64,000 nucleotides of DNA from Eukaryota sp. TZLM1-RC (GCA_040285825.1 JAUPSS010000007.1:3118317-3182316); one strand, 5' to 3'; positions 30,001 to 39,330 are shown, counted from the stretch's first letter. The notes: generated by a model from the sequence alone, not told the origin. Translations and numbers: made by a program.

Positions 30001-31686
30001 AATGTTGTAAACTAATAAAACAATTGCTGTAAGTGTAAGAGTATCGTTTTTGATACGATTTACTGAGGCTCATATGAAGTTCCTAGTTTCGTATATTGAC
30101 CAATGGTTGTTTATTACAATCATTGGTCAAATCTTTAAAGTCCATTTTGGGACAATTAATATAACAATTGTGGTGTTAAAGTCCGTGCTATGGTCATTTG
30201 AGTAGTCATTGGTATGATTGGTTGAATGGTCATTGGTATGATTAGGTGAGTTGCATGTAGTCCTTATGTACTAGATGTGACCAACTTGTGATCAAACTTT
30301 GTGTGAAATTGTGTGTGAGTAATGTTGGCTATGTGTTACTTGATCAGTACAAACTCATGATTACATTTTCAATTGATTTTGTATATATTTGAATTAATTG
30401 AGTGTATTAATTTTTAAACATTAAATTGTAAAAAAAGTAAAAAATCAAAAAGTATACAATTGAATGTTGTAAACTAATAAAACAATTGCTGTAAGTGTAA
30501 GAGTATCGTTTTTGATACGATTTACTGAGGCTCATATGAAGTTCCTAGTTTCGTATATTGACCAATGGTTGTTTATTACAATCATTGGTCAAATCTTTAA
30601 AGTCCATTTTGGGACAATTAATATAACAATTGTGGTGTTAAAGTCTGTGCTATGGTCATTTGAGTAGTCATTGGTATGATTGGTTGAATGGTCATTGGTA
30701 TGATTAGGTGAGTTGTATGTAGTCCTTATGTACTAGATGTGACCAACTTGTGATCAAACTTTGTGTGAAATTGTGTGTGAGTAATGTTGGCTATGTGTTA
30801 CTTGATCAGTACAAACTCATGATTACATTTTCAATTGATTTTGTATATATTTGAATTAATTGAGTTTATTAATTTTTAAACATTAAATTGTAAAAAAAAT
30901 AAAAAATGAAAAAGTATACAATTGAATGTTGTAAACTAATAAAACAATTGCTGTAAGTGTAAGAGTATCGTTTTTGATACGATTTACTGAGGCTCATATG
31001 AAGTTCCTAGTTTCGTATATTGACCAATGGTTGTTTATTACAATCATTGGTCAAATCTTTAAAGTCCATTTTGGGACAATTAATATAACAATTGTGGTGT
31101 TAAAGTCTGTGCTATGGTCATTTGAGTAGTCATTGGTATGATTGGTTGAATGGTCATTGGTATGATTAGGTGAGTTGTATGTAGTCCTTATGTACTAGAT
31201 GTGACCAACTTGTGATCAAACTTTGTGTGAAATTGTGTGTGAGTAATGTTGGCTATGTGTTACTTGATCAGTACAAACTCATGATTACATTTTCAATTGA
31301 TTTTGTATATATTTGAATTAATTGAGTTTATTAATTTTTAAACATTAAATTGTAAAAAAATAAAAAATGAAAAAGTATACAATTGAATGTTGTAAACTAA
31401 TAAAACAATTGCTGTAAGTGTAAGAGTATCGTTTTTGATACGATTTACTGAGGCTCATATGAAGTTCCTAGTTTCGTATATTGACCAATGGTTGTTTATT
31501 ACAATCATTGGTCAAATCTTTAAAGTCCATTTTGGGACAATTAATATAACAATTGTGGTGTTAAAGTCTGTGCTATGGTCATTTGAGTAGTCATTGGTAT
31601 GATTGGTTGAATGGTCATTGGTATGATTAGGTGAGTTGTATGTAGTCCTTATGTACTAGATGTGACCAACTAGTGATCAAACTTTG
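1..31686 (+). repeat. Tandem array of ~460-470 bp units (LSU rRNA 3'-terminal ~70 nt plus downstream spacer), about 68 copies, open at the window start
   Basis: The unit attgctgtaagtgtaagagtatcg...gttgtaaactaataaaaca recurs head-to-tail with near identity. Variation is mostly in homopolymer length. The last unit stops mid-unit at ...tgatcaaactttg (31686). Copy number is estimated as length divided by unit size. Confidence 0.98.
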
Positions 31687-31781
31687 ACCCAAGCCAACGT
31701 TATGGTCTTGGGTTTGGGTATCAACAGGGCCCTCTTGCAACTAATCCTGATTCAGATAATTTACATTCTGTTCCTTCTTCA

Positions 31782-34700
31782 ATGACTCCTGATAATGATA
31801 CTATTTCTAATATGACTGACCCTTCCACACATTCTTTTGATTGTGATGACTCCACTCACCCTCCTACCACAGCTCACAATCTCGCTCTTTCTGAACGCCC
31901 CATGGAAACTATAGACAATGCTCCTGATTCTCCCGTCTGCATTGTACCTGAAGAAACAACTGCTTTGAATACAACTATGAATGCCGATACTAATGCTAGT
32001 CCTTTAAAGATTTACACAGATGGTTCTTTCCTGAAAACAAAGGGTAAATGTGGTTTTGCAGTCTATTATGTATATAATAGCGAAACATACTCATTTTATG
32101 GGCCTTTACATCAAAACACTCACAATTATGGAGAGTTTGAAGCTGTAAGAGTTGCTCTCTGTTCACTACTTTTACTGGAAAATTGTCCCCAAGAAATTGT
32201 GATATATTCTGATTCTAATCTTTTGGTTCGCGCTTTAAACAAAAAGGCAGTTATAAGGCAAAAGAAGCTAAAGTATTTACTGAGCACCATTAAATCCTTG
32301 ATGAGTGGGTGGAAGCTGAACAAATTTACTTTTAATTTTGAAAAAATTGCTGCTCATGTAGGTCATCACGGGAATCAAATGGCGGACAAGCTGGCCAAAC
32401 TGGGGGCAGAAGGAAACACAAGTGAAAACATGAAACTACTTACCCCCTCAAAGTTAAGCCAACAAAGACCACCCGAACCGATAGCCACTATGAAGCCCAT
32501 GACCTTTCCACCAGTTGAAAACGTTACTGACAATTGTTGTAAAAATGTATGTCCATTTTGCGATGATAATTTTGAAAGATCACGGGACCTTTGCTCTCAC
32601 CTCAAAGATAATCACCCCTCTCTCACCCAAGATGAACTGTTACTTCATCAATTCTGTAAATGCCCATGCTGCCAACAGATATTTACAACAAGGGGATTTG
32701 ATATTCATTGGAATTCCCAGCATCAAGGCCCCCAGGAACAACTGGTTCCAGAAATATCAAGTAACACAATGGTTGAGCTCACCCGACGTTTCGGATCGCT
32801 GAATTACACAAGGCTTAAAAGCAAAGTGTCTTGGAGATATGCCATTGATTATATCTCAAATAATGTTACAATTTCGCAAGAACAAAAGTGCCGTTATCTA
32901 TTGCTGCTCCCACTAGTTTGCCTGAAGATCAACAACGGTTCTTGCATCGTAAATTTGATTCAATTCATGTCGAATATCCAATCGATTAACACAGGATCGG
33001 ACTCATCACAAGTGATTGACTCCATGCTTTCACATGTAGCTCCAAAGCATACCTTGAAAAACCCTGGTGGAATAAACAAGAAGAGAGTTCAAGAACTAAT
33101 AAGGGACAATGAACTGTCGAGAGCCATGAATATGGTGACACGAACCAATGCACAATTATCTCTTAGCCAATCTGAAGTGAAAAAAGAACTTGATCGATTA
33201 CATCCCAAAGATGATAACTTACAAAATTATGAGTCTCCACCTGAAGTTCTTACTAATTCCATGACATTGTCTGTTCAAGAAGTGGAGGACGCAATTTTAG
33301 AAATGCCAGCTTCAGAGGGTGGAGTATTTCACTGGCATGGTAAACTATTGAAAGAATGCCTGAATAACAATATAATAAGATGTATTCATTTTTTGGCCAA
33401 CTCTTTCTATAATGGTACAGTAAGTGAATGCCTGAAATTTGCTGTGACCTCAAGCCGTTTAATCGCATTGCCAAAAACCAGTAACAAATTACGTCCCATC
33501 GCCATTGGAGAGCTTTTTTATAGAGTCATCGCCAGAATCATTCTGAACAAATGCAATACAGAGTATTTAAGTTCAAGCAACCAATTTGGAGTCAAAGTAT
33601 CAGGCGGAGCCGAATGTATTATTCACGCCATTAGACAAAACCTAGGATCCAAATTCGAAAGGTGTATCAAATTTGACATAGCAAATGCGTTCAATGAATT
33701 GAATCGAGGAAAATTGTTGAGCGCTTTAGAAAAATATTGCCCTCGTTTAGTGCCATTCTACAAGACTAGCTACTTGTCCCCATCAAGTCTGTTTTATGGA
33801 GAAGATGAAGTAATTTCTGAAAAAGGAGTCAAGCAAGGTGACCCACTTGGTCCTTTGTTATTTGCTACATCATTAGTTGAACCAATCAACATTCTTCAAA
33901 CACTTTTTCCGGATTCTATATTTCTTGCTTATCTTGATGATATCTTTGTCCTCACAAATGTACAAAGTTCTCAGCAAATTATAGAAGAAATGACCGATTC
34001 GCTTCAATTGCTTGACCTCACTGTTAATACTAATAAGACATCCACGTTATCAAATGAAGACACTTTTACTGTGTTAGGTAGTTTTGTCGGTCCTGGAGCA
34101 GAAGAAATGCTGTACAATTCAAGCCCAAACGAATTTAGAAACTGCATAAACAACATCTCTGAACTAACTATCCAAAATCAACTACTATTGATAAGAACTT
34201 GCTTGAACACTCGACTCTCGTTTACGGCTAGGACTCATAAACCGACAACGTCCACTAAAGCTCTCGCAGCATGCCACGATCTTTTAGTTGAATTCATTAC
34301 GAACACTTTAGGTCAATTACCCAAATACAAAGAACTAGTTTCATTTCCAGTAGCTAGTTTTTGGAGGCCTAGGGCTCAAAAATTACTGCGAAATTGCTGA
34401 TTTATGTTATCACGCCTCTGTAGCATCAGCAAACATAACCATGAATTCCATGAAATTGGACAAGTTGTTGGACCAATATGACGTACTGTTATCCACAACT
34501 TTTGTCAAAACAGAAATTTCTGAGTTCAATAACGGCAAGAGACTTCAATCCCTTCTCACAAACCAATTTTACAAGAAGGCACAAAAGGAGTTTCTTGTCC
34601 AACTAAGGACCCCAGACACGCATAGTGAGATTTCCTCAACAACAAAAAGTTAACGATTACACCCTCAATTGTAAACCCCTAGCAGGAACTATACTGACTT

Positions 34701-35250
34701 CATTACCTGTAACAGCAGACTTTACTTTGCCAGATCATCTAATGAGATATATACTGAAATGCCGACTTTTGATGCACAGACATCAAACACACCATTGTGC
34801 ATTATGTGGTCACTGTGCAGACTCCTTATACCATTCAGCCAACTGTGAGCAATTTTCTAGAATGAGGATTGACAAACATGATTCTATTCTCAAAACAATT
34901 GCTGAGAAAACAGGTCTTCAAACAGAACAAAAGCTTTTTACAGGAAGAATTGATTTGCTAAATACAAACGAAACTCATGGTTACGATTTAACAATGGTAG
35001 GTGGGTACCACTCGTGCATTGAAGAAGCCATCGGAAGAAGCAAGAATGAGAAGATAGAGAAATACAGTGGATGGGTGGACAATGTTACTCCTTTGGTTTT
35101 TATCCATCTGGTGGACTAGACGCTTCATTCATTCAATTTCTAAGAAAATACGAACTTAAAAATCTGGGTAAATGGGTTGCAATGGAAATAATCAGAAAGG
35201 GATATATGATGAACTGTGTTTACCATCGAATGCTCACCCAGATAGTATAA
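31782..35250 (+). CDS. Reconstructed single retrotransposon polyprotein of ~1155 aa (RNase H-ZnF-ZnF-RT-CCHC-RLE), interrupted by three 1-bp frameshifts
   Basis: ORF 31782-34400 shifts +1 at the T5 run 34358-34362 into GGLGLKNYCEIADLCYHAS..., which is in frame with ORF 34441-34653. It shifts +1 again between 34607 and 34650 into ORF 34625-35119. It then shifts -1 at the T5 run 35097-35101 into (Y)PSGGLDASFIQFLRKYELKNLGKWVAMEIIRKGYMMNCVYHRMLTQIV, ending at TAA 35248-35250. The frame is also open upstream of ATG 31782 to the satellite junction, so the true start is uncertain. Confidence 0.88.
32004..32408 (+). other. RNase HI-type domain at the N-terminus of the retrotransposon ORF
   Basis: KIYTDGS ... 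THNYGEFEAVRVAL ... IVIYSDS ... IAAHVGHHGNQMADKLAKLGA gives the complete D-E-D-(H)-D catalytic set of type 1 RNase H. Confidence 0.93.
32550..32723 (+). other. Two C2H2-type zinc fingers (putative target DNA-binding module)
   Basis: CPFCDDNFERSRDLCSHLKDNH (32550-32615) and CPCCQQIFTTRGFDIHWNSQH (32661-32723). Confidence 0.85.
33270..34380 (+). other. Reverse transcriptase domain including the thumb GGLG motif (boundaries approximate)
   Basis: SRLIALPK...LRPIAIGELFYRVIARI, QFGV..GG.E.IIHA, KFDIANAFNELNR, GVKQGDPLGPLLFA, AYLDD (YLDD at 33930-33941), LTVNTNKT, VLGSFVG, and GGLG at 34363 after the frameshift. Confidence 0.96.
34796..35130 (+). other. CCHC zinc knuckle followed by restriction-like (PD-(D/E)xK type) endonuclease
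   Basis: CALCGHCADSLYHSANC, then RIDKHDSI (RH(N/D)-like), EQKL, GRIDL (R-x-D), GYDLTMV (D-x-T), KNEKIEKY (K-x-x-KY) and PLVF..SGG. This is the motif order seen in RLE domains of R2, CRE and NeSL-type elements. Confidence 0.85.
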
Positions 35251-35279
35251 TTCGTAGCAATAAGCAGCATCTGTGATTT

Positions 35280-35285
35280 AATAAA
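35280..35285 (+). promoter_or_regulatory. AATAAA at the exact 3' end of the element (polyadenylation signal-like or A-rich terminus)
   Basis: ...ctgtgatttAATAAActgaataattgtc; the last A coincides with the first base matching LSU rDNA. The function is inferred only. Confidence 0.4.
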
Positions 35286-35684
35286 CTGAATAATTGTCAT
35301 CCTAATAGTAAAGCAACCCAGTACGAGAGGAACCGTTGTTTCGCATAATTGGTATTTACGCTTATCTGAAAAGATATTGGTGTGAAGCTAACATGCGTTG
35401 GATTATAGCTGAACGCCTCTAAGCTAGTATCCAACCTAGAAAGGATGATATATTGACCTGCAAATTTAATCGATAAAGATTAGGATTGTGTTTACACAGT
35501 CCCAATATCTCATCAGTGGGATTGATGTTTAGTCTAAGTACTATTCATTGATCATTGAAACTATGAAGATTCGCAGGATCATGAAACCTTGGCAGACGAC
35601 CAAGATACGGAACTCATTGCTGTAAGTGTAAGAGTATCGTTTTGATACGATTTACTGAGGCTCATATGAAGTTCCTAGTTTCGT
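35285..35684 (+). rRNA. LSU (28S-type) rRNA 3' fragment, domain VI, downstream of the retrotransposon
   Basis: Matches 40031-40432 apart from homopolymer length. Contains the sarcin-ricin loop AGTACGAGAGGAAC (35320-35333) and ctgaacgcctctaag. The 3' end is approximate. Confidence 0.95.
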
Positions 35685-37447
35685 ATATTGACCAATGGTT
35701 GTTTATTACAATCATTGGTCAAATCTTTAAAGTCCATTTTGGGACAATTAATATAACAATTGTGGTGTTAAAGTCCGTGCTATGGTCATTTGAGTAGTCA
35801 TTGGTATGATTGGTTGAATGGTCATTGGTATGATTAGATGAGTTGCATGTAGTCCTTTATGTACTAGATGTGATCAACTTGTGATCAAACTTTGTGTGAA
35901 ATTGTGTGTGAGTAATGTTGGCTATGTGTTACTTGATCAGTACAAACTCATGATTACATTTTCAAATGATTTTGTATATATTTGAATTAATTGAGTGTAT
36001 TAATTTTTAAACATTAAATTGTAAAAAAGTAAAAAATCAAAAGTATACAATTGAATGTTGTAAACTAATAAAACAATTGCTGTAAGTGTAAGAGTATCGT
36101 TTTGATACGATTTACTGAGGCTCATATGAAGTTCCTAGTTTCGTATATTGACCAATGGTTGTTTATTACAATCATTGGTCAAATCTTAAAGTCCATTTTG
36201 GGACAATTAATATAACAATTGTGGTGTTAAAGTCCGTGCTATGGTCATTTGAGTAGTCATTGGTATGATTGGTTGAATGGTCATTGGTATGATTAGATGA
36301 GTTGCATGTAGTCCTTTATGTACTAGATGTGATCAACTTGTGATCAAACTTTGTGTGAAATTGTGTGTGAGTAATGTTGGCTATGTGTTACTTGATCAGT
36401 ACAAACTCATGATTACATTTTCAAATGATTTTGTATATATTTGAATTAATTGAGTGTATTAATTTTTAAACATTAAATTGTAAAAAAGTAAAAATCAAAA
36501 GTATACAATTGAATGTTGTAAACTAATAAAACAATTGCTGTAAGTGTAAGAGTATCGTTTTGATACGATTTACTGAGGCTCATATGAAGTTCCTAGTTTC
36601 GTATATTGACCAATGGTTGTTTATTACAATCATTGGTCAAATCTTAAAGTCCATTTTGGGACAATTAATATAACAATTGTGGTGTTAAAGTCCGTGCTAT
36701 GGTCATTTGATTAGTCATTGGTATGATTGGTTGAATGGTCATTGGTATGATTAGATGAGTTGCATGTAGTCTTTATGTACTAGATGTGATCAACTTGTGA
36801 TCAAACTTTGTGTGAAATTGTGTGTTAGTAATGTTGGCTATGTGTTACTTGATCAGTACAAACTCATGATTACATTTTCAAATGATTTTGTATATATTTG
36901 AATTAATTGAGTGTATTAATTTTTAAACATTCAATTGTAAAAAAAGTAAAAAATCAAAAAGTATACAATTGAATGTTGTAAACTAATAAAACAATTGCTG
37001 TAAGTGTAAGAGTATCGTTTTTGATACGATTTACTGAGGCTCATATGAAGTTCCTAGTTTCGTATATTGACCAATGGTTGTTTATTACAATCATTGGTCA
37101 AATCTTTAAAGTCCATTTTGGGACAATTAATATAACAATTGTGGTGTTAAAGTCCGTGCTATGGTCATTTGATTAGTCATTGGTTTGATTGGTTGAATGG
37201 TCATTGGTATGATTAGATGAGTTGCATGTAGTCCTTATGTACTAGATGTGATCAACTTGTGATCAAACTTTGTGTGAAATTGTGTGTTAGTAATGTTGGC
37301 TATGTGTTACTTGATCAGTACAAACTCATGATTACATTTTCAAATGATTTTGTATATATTTGAATTAATTGAGTGTATTAATTTTTAAACATTAAATTGT
37401 AAAAAAAGTAAAAAATCAAAAAGTATACAATTGAATGTTGTAAACTA
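35616..37447 (+). repeat. Short array of ~4 copies of the ~460 bp unit; the first copy overlaps the native LSU 3' end
   Basis: Unit starts (attgctgtaag) at 35616, 36076, 36534 and 36994. The fourth unit ends at ...gttgtaaacta (37447). Confidence 0.97.
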
Positions 37448-37476
37448 GCTAAATATAAAAAGGAGACCGATAGTTC

Positions 37477-37507
<31 letters not shown>

Positions 37508-38349
37508 TCTGAAGAGAGAGTTAAAAGTACCTGAAATCACTGAAAGGATAAGCGATTGGAACTTGATATTGATAGCTTCGGCTGTCTTGCGTTGGAGTGA
37601 TTTTGAAAATTGAGTGATTGTGGGGAAGGTAGCTATAATGAACTTCGGTTTATTGTAGTGTTATAGCCTCATAAATTGTTCTTTTTTAAGAATCAGGAAT
37701 ACGGTTTTACCGAGACTCCAACATAAAAGGTTCAATTGTCCCGTCTTGAAACACGGACCAAGGAGTGTATCTCTTCTGCAAGTCGTAGGGTGTAAAAACC
37801 TGAAGGCGAAATGAAAGTAATTTTATGAGGGGAAGTTTCGACTGCACCCTCAACCAGTCCTTGCAAAGGGATCTGAGTATGAGCAGAATGGATACGACCC
37901 GAAAGCCGCTGAACTATGCCTGAATAGGATGAAGCCAGGGGAAACTCTGGTGGAAGTCCGTAGCGATGTTGACGTGCAAATCACTCGTCAAATTTGGGTA
38001 TAGGGGCGAAAGACTCATCGAAGCGGCTAGTAGCTGGTTACGTTCGAAGTTTCCCCCAGGATAGCTGGAGCTTGTTTTAGTTTTGTCCGGTAAAGCTAAT
38101 GATTAGAGGTACTAGGGACGCAATGTCCTTAGCCTATTCTCAAACTTTAAATGGGCAAGATTTGTGATGATACTTAAGTGATCGTTGCAATTGAATAATA
38201 GCTCTAAGTGGGCCATTTTTGGTAAGCAGAACTGGCGATGTGGGATGCTCCAAAAGACATGTTAAGGTGCCTAAGTGTGCACTCATTTAGACCCCAGAAA
38301 AGGTGTTGGTTGATATTGACAGCAGGACGGTGGCCATGGAAGTCGGAAT

Positions 38350-38383
<34 letters not shown>

Positions 38384-39293
38384 TCAACTAGCCCTGAAAA
38401 TTGATGGCGCTAAAGTGTGCCACCTATACATGTCCATTAATTCATTTTATGAGTTAATGTGTAGAACGTCGTGGGGGTTGCGTAGAAGGTTCATTGTGAA
38501 ATGGACTGGAGCAGCCTCTAGTGCAGATCTTGGTGGTAGTAGCAAATAAACAAGTTGGAATCTTGTTGACCGAAGTGGAGTAGGGTTCCATGGTAAAGGT
38601 ATTCTGCCATGGGTTAGTCGGTCCTAAGGCACAGGTTAACTCTTTGAGAGGGGGCTTTTATAGCTCCGTCCTGTCGAAAGGGAAGCAGGTTAATATTCCT
38701 GCACCAACAGTGGGTGTTCGTGGTAACACAATCGAATCTAGAGATGTCGGGGAGGATCCTGGGAAGAGTTATCTTTTCTTATTAACTGTCTATTGTCCAT
38801 GGAATCTGTTTAACAGGAGAAGTGGATATAAGATAGGAAGAGCATTACGTTTTTGTAATGTCCGGTGTATTCTCAACGGCCCTTGAAAATCTAGAGGAGT
38901 AATCACTTCATTGTTGTCCGTACCGATAACCGCATCAGGTCTCCAAGGTGTGTAGCCTCTGGTCTATAGAAGAACGTAGGTAAGGGAAGTCGGCAAAATA
39001 GATCCGTAACTTCGGGATAAGGATTGGCTCTAGGGGCCTTGTGTAAGAGCCCTAGTGGTGACGCACTGAGCGTTGATGTGATTGGCAACAATTGCGTTGA
39101 TGCGAGGTGTTGATCCATTGGGATTACTTTTATGCAATTAAAGGTCAACCTAGAACTGTAACGGACAAAGGGAACCCGACTGTTTAATCGAAACAAAGCT
39201 TTCTGATGGCCGGAAACGGTGTTGACAGAAAGTGATTTCTGCTCAGTGCTCTGAATGTCATTGTGAAGAGATTCAATCAAGCACGGGTAAACA

Positions 39294-39310
<17 letters not shown>

Positions 39311-39330
<20 letters not shown>
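39311..39330 (+). other. Unoccupied canonical R2 / I-PpoI-type target sequence in the LSU gene
   Basis: tctcttaaggtagccaaatg is intact and serves as a landmark for placing the new insertion site. Confidence 0.9.

Larger units (their letters stand above)
31687..35285 (+). mobile_element. Non-LTR retrotransposon with restriction-like endonuclease, CRE-clade-like, carrying an N-terminal RNase H; probably 5'-truncated; 3' end joined to LSU rDNA
   Basis: Unique sequence between the satellite and the LSU tail. It encodes RNase H, two C2H2 fingers, RT (LRPIAIGE, QFGVKVSGGAECIIHA, DIANAFN, GVKQGDPLGPLLF, AYLDD, GGLG), a CCHC knuckle and RLE motifs. A ~35 nt 3' UTR ends in AATAAA. No LTRs or terminal inverted repeats seen. 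Confidence 0.93.

Noticed and set aside
31687-31781. HDV-like or hammerhead self-cleaving ribozyme at the element 5' end
   Set aside because: I could not fit the HDV nested double pseudoknot or the CUGANGA/GAAA cores by eye. The region is an open frame and the true 5' end is probably missing.
32126-33474. Small ORFs at 32126-32323 (-), 32515-32802 (+) and 33253-33474 (-)
   Set aside because: They are shadow frames overlapping the retrotransposon ORF and have no recognisable motifs.
34358-34362. Programmed ribosomal frameshifting
   Set aside because: Three separate shifts, at least two in T runs, within a noisy assembly are better explained by sequencing error or mutation.
31687-35285. LTR, DIRS, Penelope, group II intron or canonical R2 identity
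   Set aside because: No LTRs, integrase, protease, tyrosine recombinase or GIY-YIG motif were seen. The RT motifs and C-terminal CCHC-RLE fit an RLE non-LTR element. The R2 site is empty and ~710 bp away.
31670-35300. Target-site duplication around the element
   Set aside because: The 5' flank (gatcaaactttg) and 3' flank (actgaataattg) share no direct repeat.
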